Assembly: GCA_000004985.1 (NCBI GenBank)
Contig: GG738890.1
Reading direction: 5' to 3' (one strand)
Length of the DNA stretch: 64,000 nt
From: Naegleria gruberi
Lineage: Eukaryota
Below, piece by piece: positions 34,208 through 43,662 of this stretch. The notes beneath the pieces were generated by a model. That model worked only from the letters and a program-made list of their open reading frames with translations, had not been told where the DNA came from and made no database searches. Position 1 is the first letter of the stretch; each line of letters begins with the position of its first letter. The position numbers and the translations under genes are program-made.

Positions 34208-34287
34208 ATTGTAACTTTTCATGGACTCACAAATTTATTTCTCTAAGCATAACAAAATTGATGCAAAATTATTGGAGAATTGGCAAT

Positions 34288-34689
34288 CTATTTACGCTTA
34301 TAGATGTCAACCTTCTTATTTCTCTTTCCACCTCTTCTTCTAATCTTTCTATTCTTCTTTCTGTAAGTATCAATTCTTCTCTTCTTATTCAATCTTCTCT
34401 TCTTTCCATATACATCAATCTTCTTTCTGATAATTCTCTTCTTACCATATCTCTTCCATCCTCTTCTCTTTCTTCCATAGGTGTCAATGTACTTGTGGAG
34501 CTTTCTATTGTTCTTTCTCTTCTTGAGTCTGAATCTCTTGAGATTTCTCTTCTTGTTATTGCTCTTTCTAATGTACAAGGAGAGAGTTGAAGCTTGTTCT
34601 TCATTGGTAGCACTAACTCCAGTAGTGAACGAAAGAGCAAGAACTGCCAAAGTCAAGGCAATCAATAGAATTGAAACGATTCTTTTCAT
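34288..34689 (-). CDS. secreted polycationic tandem-repeat protein (signal peptide + K/R-rich repeats)
   Basis: The ATG was verified (RC of cat 34687..34689). The product is MKRIVSILLIALTLAVLALSFTTGVSA|TNEEQASTLSLYIRKSNNKKRNLKRFRLKKRKNNRKLHKYIDTYGRKRRGWKRYGKKRIIRKKIDVYGKKRRLNKKRRIDTYRKKNRKIRRRGGKRNKKVDIYKRK. It has a classic signal peptide. The mature part is about 45% Lys/Arg with a repeated (I/V)D(T/V/I)Y(G)(K/R)KRR unit. Confidence 0.5.
   Translation of the reverse strand: MKRIVSILLIALTLAVLALSFTTGVSATNEEQASTLSLYIRKSNNKKRNLKRFRLKKRKNNRKLHKYIDTYGRKRRGWKRYGKKRIIRKKIDVYGKKRRLNKKRRIDTYRKKNRKIRRRGGKRNKKVDIYKRK
34320..34600. repeat. imperfect tandem repeat / low-complexity tract (TCTTCT-rich on +, AAGAAG-rich on -) encoding the basic repeats
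   Basis: A periodic tcttctcttc...ccata motif recurs every roughly 40 nt. Three overlapping ORFs (34258..34590 +, 34288..34689 -, 34389..34640 -) arise from it. Only the signal-peptide-bearing minus-strand frame looks protein-like. Confidence 0.5.
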
Positions 34690-35052
34690 TTTTGTTTGTT
34701 GAATTCAAATCAATGGAATAAATGTTCCTCAATTTAAAGATTTTAGAACCTGGTATATTGATCGATATATTGATCATTTTGGTAAGAAAGTTGATGATTC
34801 CTTTGCCAAAAAAAGAGTTGTTTTGGATTTTAGACATTGTTCATTTGGTCTTTCTTAAAACTCACAATTGTTAAAGAACAGAATCAAAGAACTTCAAGGT
34901 TTGGATTGACCATAAAGAAAAAAGTTTCCAATATCTATTTAACGATGATTGTATTATAATTATCAAGAAACTTACTGTAGTGTTTCCTTGATGGTTGTAA
35001 CTTTTCTTCCAAAACAGTAGCCTTATAATTCACCTTAACCTTAGTATTGTTA

Positions 35053-36686
35053 TTAGTAATCTTTTATAATAATATCTGCCAATGATTTTCTTCCTTCTTC
35101 CACATATTCATATAAATGTTTCCTCAAGTTATTCTGTAAAACAGATTCAGTATGGCAAGACTGAATATAGCACAAAAGAGCTGCACCTTTGACACTAACT
35201 TCTGAACCAACCAATACTACTCTCTCACTTGAATTCAAGAGACTTCCACCATTCTCGATTAGAAGGGATTGTGCTGTTTTGGATTCAGCAACTTCTTCAT
35301 CACTAAAAGCGTAATCGTATTGAGATTCAAATATTTGAATTAATAAATCATTCCCCTGTCCAACACAACATAAGAAGGATGAATTATTTGCTCCAATATT
35401 CAACACCCTACCAAATGTTCGTTCTTGTAAATCAAGAGTGTCTATTTTGAGAGGTCCATTACCAGTTGTGTAAACCTTACCACTCTTTGTAAGTACAATT
35501 ACACCGTAGTAACGACATGAAATATCAATGGCAGGATCTGACACCAAGTACTTGTTAAGCTCTGTAGATGGTTGGAAAGCATCTATAGAATCACAAATCT
35601 TTCCAATAGCCAACTCTCCATAGTAATTATAACCAGTACAATGAATTAGACCACTCCTATCGAGTGCAACAATAGTGTGGTCTCCACAAGCAACCTTACA
35701 AATAAACAAATCAGGATTACTTTCAAAATATGGACATAATGAAATGCTTGAAACATCTTGATATCGTGGAAATCCACATTCACCAAAACCATTCGAACCT
35801 GTGTTATTGTAATATCCATAATTTGAATTTCAGAAATATTCCAATAAAACTATTTCAGAAAATATTTAAACAAACCTAGTACAAATATTCTTCCATAATT
35901 GGTTAGAAAAACAGATGAAGAAGAAGCACATGTCATGTATGTTATAAACTCATTTTCTTTAAATGAACTATTAAATGGCAACAGATACGCATGTAGCACC
36001 TCTTCAGTTTTGTTGATTTTCAATTGAATTGCATCATTTCCCAATAGAACACTACTCCAAAATTCAATCCGAATGCAATAAGTGATGATCGCTTTGGCAC
36101 TTGAATTGTCTGACCATTTGGCAACTTATTAATATACATTTCATTCTATAATTCCAGTAATATTATAATATTAAAACATCATCATTAAATTATCTAAAAA
36201 ACCTACGCATTCCTTGACTTGGTATTTTAATTCCGAAATATCTTGATCATCATCATTACGATCAATAATTTCATCCACCAATATCATACAATGAGTATAC
36301 GACGCAGCCACATAATAAACCCTCTTCACTCCAATACTCTGATCCAATCCAGAACTTGTTAATAAATCAAATCCTTCATTCTGATCACTCGACAACTTGC
36401 TAATATGCAAACGATAATCATTGGTGATGGCAAATATACAATCCCTTCGCAATAGGCACTGTACAAGTGAATTGTACCCTCTTTGATTGCAATATTGTTG
36501 TATGTGAGTGAGAAAATTGTTAATTTTTGATGGTTGTGCACTGCAGGCAATGAACGGAGGTGATTTCAGTGCTTGCATTTTTTTTTGTAATGTTTTAATA
36601 GATTTTTGTAATAGTAATCCAACTTGGAAAGTTTGTAAAGGAGGTTCAGTTAGAATCTCAACATTGAATTGAAATTCCAAAAACAA
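35053..36686 (-). CDS. RCC1-repeat (regulator of chromosome condensation-like beta-propeller) protein, multi-exon, 5' end uncertain
   Basis: Collinear ORFs 35053..35709, 35850..36044 and 36171..36686 are present. The C-terminal exon carries RCC1-type blades (CGDHTIVALDRSGLIHCTGYNYYGELAIG, RYYGVIVLTKSGKVYTTGNG, SFLCCVGQGNDLL). The track ORF 36171..36686 starts at a TTG. The first in-frame ATG lies 36 codons in, so the true start may be an upstream exon. Confidence 0.55.
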
Positions 36687-36756
36687 ACAACCTTAAGGCT
36701 CACTTTACAAAAAGTCAACTTGAACCTGAAGTAAATTTAAAAAAAAATACGCAAAC

Positions 36757-37962
36757 ATGTCGTCAGCAGCATCATTGGATGAGGAATTTATTTCAATTGT
36801 GAAGGGAACTGTGATATGCTTGAACGTTCCCGAATTATTTGAATTCGGAATTAATAATTATTCATATAAATTAGGAAGGGAATTTAGAGGAATTAATCAA
36901 ATACCACTCCATACACCACACTTTATTTATTACAATAGAATTGATCATGAAAAGTTTGGTAATGGACAAGGTCCGAGAATTAGTTTTTTCCACATCTTTA
37001 CCGAGGAAATTCCCTTGTTGATTTTAGAATTTGATGAAGAGGAAGATGATTTTAAATTTACTTCATTGAATGATGAAAAATTTGCACAGATAGCTTATCA
37101 GTATAGGAATGGTGTGTTTTTGAAACAGATTGCTCCCTATAATGAGGATATGAGTAAGAATTGGAACGAATTGGTTTCATATGTTGATTATTCTTTCTTG
37201 GAGAGGATTGAACCGATTAATAAGAAGATTAATTCAACATTGTTGCAGGAGGAACAAGAAGGTGATGAGAAGAAACCGAATATATTGCACTATACCAATG
37301 TACCACAAAAATTAACATCTAAGGGACTCACTCCTGAACAAATTACGAGATTGAATTTTGACAAGTCACAATTACTGGATAGGATTATCAAATCGAAAAA
37401 GATGAGTGAGGAGAAAGCGTTTAGGGATTTATTTGCAGAGATTCAATTTTCATTTATTTGCCTTTTACATGGACAATGCTTGCACGGATTGAATCAGTGG
37501 AAGAAACTAGTTCACTTATTTTGCAATTGTGAGGATGCTCTGTTGGACTATAATGAGCAATTCATACTTTTTGTACAACTGTTGAGAAACCAATTTGAAA
37601 TGTTACCACGTGATTTCATTCAGGATATGGTAGAGCACGATTTTGATTTGGATGAAGAACAATTGCTCGATGTAACAAAGAATAGAACCAATCTGGGAGA
37701 TGAAAATCCACAAGAAACACAACCAAGAAGAAAACCACAAGCCCCTTCAAAACGGGATCACTTTCTTCAAAAGACCCTTCTTCAACTCTTCCTTACCACT
37801 CAATCTATTGAGGAAGACGGTGATTATTATGAGTGTGCAACTTGGAAGAATTTCAGCAAAACCTTAAAACAATTCAGATTATTTATGGAGAAGGAATTTG
37901 AAGGGTGTAAGGATATGTTTTGTGAAGACGATGAAGATATTCCAACCTACGTTTACAAATAG
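36757..37962 (+). CDS. AAR2 splicing factor homolog (U5 snRNP assembly)
   Basis: This 401-aa ORF has a verified ATG. The N-terminal block GTVICLNVPELFEFGINNYSYKLGREFRGINQIPLHTPHFIYY..GPRISFFHI aligns with human AAR2 [53 protein letters not shown]. The C-terminal block LFAEIQFSFICLLHGQCLHGLNQWKKLVHLFCNCEDALL...LPRDFIQDMV aligns with [38 protein letters not shown]...IPADFFVDIV. Confidence 0.8.
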   Translation: MSSAASLDEEFISIVKGTVICLNVPELFEFGINNYSYKLGREFRGINQIPLHTPHFIYYNRIDHEKFGNGQGPRISFFHIFTEEIPLLILEFDEEEDDFKFTSLNDEKFAQIAYQYRNGVFLKQIAPYNEDMSKNWNELVSYVDYSFLERIEPINKKINSTLLQEEQEGDEKKPNILHYTNVPQKLTSKGLTPEQITRLNFDKSQLLDRIIKSKKMSEEKAFRDLFAEIQFSFICLLHGQCLHGLNQWKKLVHLFCNCEDALLDYNEQFILFVQLLRNQFEMLPRDFIQDMVEHDFDLDEEQLLDVTKNRTNLGDENPQETQPRRKPQAPSKRDHFLQKTLLQLFLTTQSIEEDGDYYECATWKNFSKTLKQFRLFMEKEFEGCKDMFCEDDEDIPTYVYK

Positions 37963-38031
37963 AAGAAATGAACATTGGTTTACATTAAAATATGTTAACT
38001 TTTACAAGAAATATTTACAAAAAGCATCCAC

Positions 38032-41000
38032 TTATTCAAACAATAGAGCAAGGTGAGAGTATTGACATGGGTGAATTTGGTGTGGATGTTGATGCTTGGT
38101 CAATTCTAGAATAAATTTAGCTTCAATGTCATTTGGTAGAGCTTTGCTTAGTTCTTCAATCAGCTCTGTCTTGGCTTTCTTAAGAGACTCTTCTTTATAC
38201 TTTGGTTCTGAAATATGAAGAGCATCTTTCAACTTGGAAAGTTGTTTGATCATCATCTTTACAAGACTATAACCCTTGATGAATGGATTGTGGTCACGAT
38301 CTTGTTGTGCAGCATCTGAACTGCCCATTTGAGGATCATCCATAAAGTATGATTCTTCGTTCAATGATTCACATCTTTCATTACCAACTTCATTGAACAA
38401 CATGGACAATAAATTGCCATTGTTTGGATTGAAAGGATCCATGAGTGGAGAGAATGAAATTGAATCATCAAATTGTTGCATTGCATCGTGTTCATGATCA
38501 TTAACCATAACTTGTTGTTGTGGTGGCTGTGGCTGGGTTGGCATTTGTTGTTGTACATTTTGGAAAGCATCTGGTAAATTGGCACCAAATAATCTTGATG
38601 AATTTGTTTCGTTCATACTTTGCAAAAGTGTTGCATTCTCAATTTGATTTATCAAATCTCCATAAAGCTTTTGAACAACACCATAACGTGTTGACAAAAC
38701 TTTAAGAGCTCTCAAGTCATCCTTAAAGTCCACAGATGTGTCACCTGTTTGTCTCCAATATTCTAAACGAACAGCAACGGCTTTGGCAATACCATTTGCA
38801 ATGACAAATGGAGCAAAAATGTACTTTTCTGTTTTGGTATATGAAATTATTTCATTTGCATAAGAAACCAAAACTGCTGCAGGAATATTCTCCACCTTAC
38901 TGTATAAATCTAAATAAAATTCTCTAATAAAAACATTTGAGAATAAACAGAACAAATCACCTTGTGCTTGATACATGGTTTCGAATAATAAACTATAATA
39001 TGTGTGTGCAATTCTAACCACATTTTCAATAAGAGGCAAATATTGACTACTGATTTGACCCTTTTCAGCCTTATCAAAGAAACTGGTATCGAGCTTGATT
39101 CTGGAGGCAAAAATACCGAATAATTTAGTAGCACTACTTGGTTTACCAGTAACTTTTGACATGTAATCAGATAAAAATGTTTCCTTATACCTAACTAAAA
39201 TACGTAACAAAAATTTAGGAAGTGAAGGACTGTCTTGTGCTGAATAGCTTGCTTGAGTTGCTCCAACTTGTTGATCTGTTGGTCCTCCATAGCCATGAAG
39301 TCCAATCATTTGTTTAACCATGGCCAAGTAGAGAGAAGTCTTTCTCATGTCTCCTTCACCACAAACATAGTCAGTCAAATAGTGCAAAGCTACAGCAATA
39401 TAAATATTATCCATATTATCAAAATATTTAGAAATCTTTTCCTTAGCAAGATTGTGCATGTACTCCATAAGTTTTTGTCTATAGTCACCCTTAAGAACAT
39501 AGTCACCACTTTGTTGAAGTGCTAATGCTTGAATCGAATATAAAATTGAAATCAAACCATCTTGTGTTGTTGAATCCAATTGCATATGGTTAAGTATCAT
39601 TGATGCATTAGAATTACCATCATTTCCCATTAATTGTTCTATTAATCCTTCCATCAAGCTCTTGTCAACCAAGGCGAAACCTGCGCACAATTCTTTATAA
39701 TACAAATCTAGGAGTTTGTGCGCAGTATATCTGAAATTGATTGAGTGTACAAAAGATGACAACATAACTGAAATTGAGTTTGGATCTTTAAAATCTCTTT
39801 CAGAATATGCCATTGGATTAAATTGATGTGTTAAAAGTGGGGAAGAGCCATGAAGGGATGATGGCAGAGGTGACATTTCATTGTGATTCGAAGATCCAGA
39901 AGATGAGGATTGTACAACACTATGAGGAGTATGAGTAACTGGATTCGAAAAGTTTGACGACGTGTTCATAGAAATTGAAGGAACTGCTGGAGAAGCTGTT
40001 GGTATTGTAGTTGGAGGAATAGCAACATTTACATTAGTAGTAGAGGGTGGTGGACAAATTGTTTGTGGTACCTCAGTGGTAATTGGATTTGTTGGTGGTA
40101 CACTTTCCTTATCCTTTTTCTTCTTCTTTTTCTTTCTATTTTGTTGGTCTTGTCCTTTTCTACTTTTCAAATAAACACAATCCTTTCCCATCTTTTTACA
40201 ATAATTACAAACTGGTAATTCTCTACTACATTTCTTGTGTCTTGATCTACAATTGGTACAAGCAATTTGAGCAAGTTGGAAATTACCTCCTTGCTCATCA
40301 ATAGCAGTCTCTGTGAAAGTAGTATTCGTTGGTGAATAAGGAGCAGTAGTTGAAGCAGCATCATATGATTCAGCTATCTTTTTCTTGGACTTTTGCTTCT
40401 TCTTGCTTGGAGGTGGTTGAATACTTTCATCACTTGAGGATTCACTAGATGTTGAGGAACCACTCGATTTGTTTCCATTACCTCCATCAGTATTACTAAC
40501 ATCTTGTTGTTGTTGAGTTGCTGCTAACATTGCCTGAGTAGCATCGGTAGAATGTTGTGGTTGATAGGAATGACTCATATATTGATGAGAAAGATCTGCC
40601 CGAGGAGGTGGAGGTTGAAAGTATCCTTGATGATGAGGAGGTTGATAAAAACCTCCATTTGTAGTCTGGTTTGGATGATGATAATAGAGAGGATAGTGAG
40701 GTGGCAAAACTGGTTGTTGTTGTTGTTGTGGATGCATCATTGAATGTTGTTGCTGATGATGCTGGTGATTTGGAGGTGGTGGATAGGAATGAGCAGTTTG
40801 TTGAGTGTACATGGATGGTGGCAATGTAGATTTACTTCCATCATGAAGTTTAGCCCAGTCTGCCATGCTATGTAATCCTCCTGCTCCTCCCAGTGTTGTA
40901 CTATTATTGGTAGGAATGTTTGGAAAATGATGTTGTGGATAATGATTATTACTTGTTGGGGGTAGTGAATGAGAAGTTTCATTCATTTTCGGATCTAAAT

Positions 41001-41358
41001 TACTACTACTAGTATTGCTATTATTTGAAAAAAGGTGATTGGAAGGGGAGGTAAAGGATGAAATACTATTACAATCCAATAAATTTAGGGAGGATGTTGT
41101 GGACAAGGGAGATTGAACAATAGATGACGACAAGGGTGTGGTTGTAGACGGAAGTAATGTACAAGAACTCTCACAATCTAACTGTGTTGGAGTTAGCACT
41201 GTTGGTTGCTGTTGATAATATTGTTGTACATGTTGATGATGATGCGGAGAAGTTATTGTTGTTGGAAAATTATCATGATAATTGTTAGTGGTCAACATTG
41301 TGAATTCAATTTCGCTACCAACCTTTGAATCAACTACAGAGGAGGAGTTTTTGCTCAT
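38032..41358 (-). CDS. Zn(II)2Cys6 (Gal4-type) binuclear-cluster transcription factor, Q-rich, 1108 aa
   Basis: The ATG was verified. A canonical CX2CX6CX6CX2CX6C cluster CTNCRSRHKKCSRELPVCNYCKKMGKDCVY is preceded by long poly-Q/H/P tracts and a lysine-rich NLS-like stretch. A large C-terminal helical region is arranged like a fungal-type transcription factor middle homology domain. Confidence 0.75.
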   Translation of the reverse strand: MSKNSSSVVDSKVGSEIEFTMLTTNNYHDNFPTTITSPHHHQHVQQYYQQQPTVLTPTQLDCESSCTLLPSTTTPLSSSIVQSPLSTTSSLNLLDCNSISSFTSPSNHLFSNNSNTSSSNLDPKMNETSHSLPPTSNNHYPQHHFPNIPTNNSTTLGGAGGLHSMADWAKLHDGSKSTLPPSMYTQQTAHSYPPPPNHQHHQQQHSMMHPQQQQQPVLPPHYPLYYHHPNQTTNGGFYQPPHHQGYFQPPPPRADLSHQYMSHSYQPQHSTDATQAMLAATQQQQDVSNTDGGNGNKSSGSSTSSESSSDESIQPPPSKKKQKSKKKIAESYDAASTTAPYSPTNTTFTETAIDEQGGNFQLAQIACTNCRSRHKKCSRELPVCNYCKKMGKDCVYLKSRKGQDQQNRKKKKKKKDKESVPPTNPITTEVPQTICPPPSTTNVNVAIPPTTIPTASPAVPSISMNTSSNFSNPVTHTPHSVVQSSSSGSSNHNEMSPLPSSLHGSSPLLTHQFNPMAYSERDFKDPNSISVMLSSFVHSINFRYTAHKLLDLYYKELCAGFALVDKSLMEGLIEQLMGNDGNSNASMILNHMQLDSTTQDGLISILYSIQALALQQSGDYVLKGDYRQKLMEYMHNLAKEKISKYFDNMDNIYIAVALHYLTDYVCGEGDMRKTSLYLAMVKQMIGLHGYGGPTDQQVGATQASYSAQDSPSLPKFLLRILVRYKETFLSDYMSKVTGKPSSATKLFGIFASRIKLDTSFFDKAEKGQISSQYLPLIENVVRIAHTYYSLLFETMYQAQGDLFCLFSNVFIREFYLDLYSKVENIPAAVLVSYANEIISYTKTEKYIFAPFVIANGIAKAVAVRLEYWRQTGDTSVDFKDDLRALKVLSTRYGVVQKLYGDLINQIENATLLQSMNETNSSRLFGANLPDAFQNVQQQMPTQPQPPQQQVMVNDHEHDAMQQFDDSISFSPLMDPFNPNNGNLLSMLFNEVGNERCESLNEESYFMDDPQMGSSDAAQQDRDHNPFIKGYSLVKMMIKQLSKLKDALHISEPKYKEESLKKAKTELIEELSKALPNDIEAKFILELTKHQHPHQIHPCQYSHLALLFE

Positions 41359-42241
41359 TTTTAAAAAGGTAGTTAAATATGAAGAAAGGGCAGCAAACGT
41401 TATTTGGGCAAGTGACGGCTTGTGAACAGTTAAATGTTAATAAACTGTAGGATTTTGTCGTTGTTGTTGATGACAATCTAGCACTACCAACATGCAAGGT
41501 GCTGTAGGGTTTATCGTAGTATGAATATTCTGTTGGACAATAACTTCAAGCTTGAAGAGGATTGGCACTAGTTACTGTATTGATGAGGGACTTTCCAAAC
41601 GGAAGTTTTAAATATTATAAAGACCTTCTTGATGTTCAAAAAAGGAATTAAATCTTGGCTGTAGTGGTTGTAAGAATAATTGACTAGAACAATGAATGTG
41701 TATCAAGTATTGCATGCAAAATCAAATGATGATAATTCTTTTGACAACTGTCCTTAAAATGGGAATATTCTGTTTTGTAAAACGCGAATCTTTCTTAGGT
41801 GTCCAATATTGATTTTATGTGCGAGATTTTAATAGTGAAGATTGTCAAAGGTTCTTTGATATCTTGACAATTAAACAACACAATGATACAACAACAAAAC
41901 AATCAAACGAATAGCAGGGGTGATAGGGTTTCCTCCTTTTTTTCTTGCTGAATAAATTGTTCGTCCTTGATGATTCTTCGGAGACCGATCCTAAACGCAA
42001 TTCTCATCACTTTGGTGGACTTTAGCACTTTGATTCATGCTCCACAGGCTGTGTTGATTGTTTGTGAATTGTAATTGCATATTAAATAGAAGATGTTTGG
42101 AAATGAAAAGTCCTTTGATGATTTCCTCAAATCACCTTAAAGGTTTTAAATCAATTGATTTTCTCTGAATTCTTATTGAAACCATTTTTGAAAGAGCTTG
42201 AGTTGGTTTCTAAAATTGGAAAACCAAGTCAGCCTTTTAAT

Positions 42242-43504
42242 TTATTGTAACCTATTTTTCAAATCAGAAATGACAATGGATAAAAGTTCAGTTCTCAATG
42301 AAGTAATTCTTTCTGTTGGAATCAATTTGAATCGATTGGAAATAAAAATTTTACAATAACTAAATAAACTTTCAATATTTGCAGTTTCTGCCAAATCGAA
42401 TAGTTCACAAACATTATCAGTTGTAATGTTTGGAATAATAAAACGAGTGGCAAGATCTTCCATTTCTGTGAGCATTAATTGATTTCCCACTTGAGTTAAT
42501 TTCAATAGAGTTTCCATTGGAATACATTCACCATCCTTAGTCTTGATTGTTCCAGTATAGATATATTCGAGAATGTACTTCATAATTAGATATTCAAACT
42601 CAACTTTCATAACAAATGGATTTTGTGAAGTGTATTCCTTTGAATTATTCCATTGAGTTGACAATAAAGTCTTGAAATATAGAGATCTAGCAACTAGTAT
42701 TGCATGATTAGCATACAGAATTTGATCACTATCTGAGCAAGCAATATGTACATTGGCAAATTCTTTCATTTCTAATAATTGTACCAAATCTCTTCTCAGA
42801 AAACTATCTGATTTTGATTCTAATGCTTTTTCAAGTCTTGTGCTCATTGAGATTGGAAAATCACTCTTCATATCTTCCAAAATATCAACATCACACAGAG
42901 CCATATTATACATTCTGAAATTTTTGATCTGTGCATTGGCTCTATCATAACCATAACCACTTTCGAATAGATGAAAATTTTGATTATCATTTCTCTTCAA
43001 ATATTGCCCAAACTTTTCATATTTATCCAACTTTCCATCGATAAACAAGAATTGATAAGGTCCATAATACACTAAACCAACATGAGTCCACCTATTCAAA
43101 TCAATCTCTTGCCTACTATCAAATCCTGCATTATCTGCAACAGACGAATCACATCTACAATGCAACAAATTACTTCCCGGACACAACCAACAAGCAGGTT
43201 GTCTAACAGTGTTGGCATTTCCATGATGAAATAAAACTCTCCATTGTCCATGTCCATTTCCTAGTAAATTAATTTGAAAAGTAATGGAATATTCACGTAG
43301 GAGGCTCTGTTCAGAATGAATATCCTCACCTGTGATGGTTGTATTCTCAGGTGTGGTGAGAAATTGTGAAATGATTGGATTTTCATGTTTGATGGATGGA
43401 ATAAATGATGGTTTTACATTGAGCTGCTTTGGGGAAATAACTTGGGAGTGAGTTTGTGTGTTGATCGGAGTGGTGTCTACGAATTCTTGGCTATGAATTT
43501 GCAT
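42242..43504 (-). CDS. BTB/POZ + BACK domain protein with N-terminal beta-sandwich (ConA/LamG-like?) domain
   Basis: This 420-aa ORF has a verified ATG. The C-terminal half NVHIACSDSDQILYANHAILVARSLYFKTLLST....FVMKVEFEYLIMKYILEYIYTG matches a BTB domain, followed by a BACK-like helical region. The N-terminal ~200 aa, WRVLFHHGN...CWLCPGSN.LHCRCD...LNRWTHVGLVYYGPYQFLFIDG, has lectin/LamG-like spacing. That assignment is tentative. Confidence 0.6.
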   Translation of the reverse strand: MQIHSQEFVDTTPINTQTHSQVISPKQLNVKPSFIPSIKHENPIISQFLTTPENTTITGEDIHSEQSLLREYSITFQINLLGNGHGQWRVLFHHGNANTVRQPACWLCPGSNLLHCRCDSSVADNAGFDSRQEIDLNRWTHVGLVYYGPYQFLFIDGKLDKYEKFGQYLKRNDNQNFHLFESGYGYDRANAQIKNFRMYNMALCDVDILEDMKSDFPISMSTRLEKALESKSDSFLRRDLVQLLEMKEFANVHIACSDSDQILYANHAILVARSLYFKTLLSTQWNNSKEYTSQNPFVMKVEFEYLIMKYILEYIYTGTIKTKDGECIPMETLLKLTQVGNQLMLTEMEDLATRFIIPNITTDNVCELFDLAETANIESLFSYCKIFISNRFKLIPTERITSLRTELLSIVISDLKNRLQ

Positions 43505-43662
43505 TTTTTTTGACTAGTTTATTTATAAATTTGTGAACTTGATATTTTGTAATGGATGAACTAGTTCATACTGGTTTTCATAGTTCATTATTGAAAATTT
43601 GTTTGGGTCATATCATGTAATGAGTTAATTATTGAATTATTGCTTGAAAACAACTGAGCAAT

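Noticed and set aside
34258-34640. Two further ORFs (34258..34590 + S/L-rich; 34389..34640 - R/E-rich) overlapping the polycationic protein gene
   Set aside because: They are frame-shadows of the same purine/pyrimidine-biased tandem repeat. Neither has a start context, signal peptide or non-repetitive region. Only the minus-strand frame beginning at the ATG at 34689 has a protein-like signal peptide.
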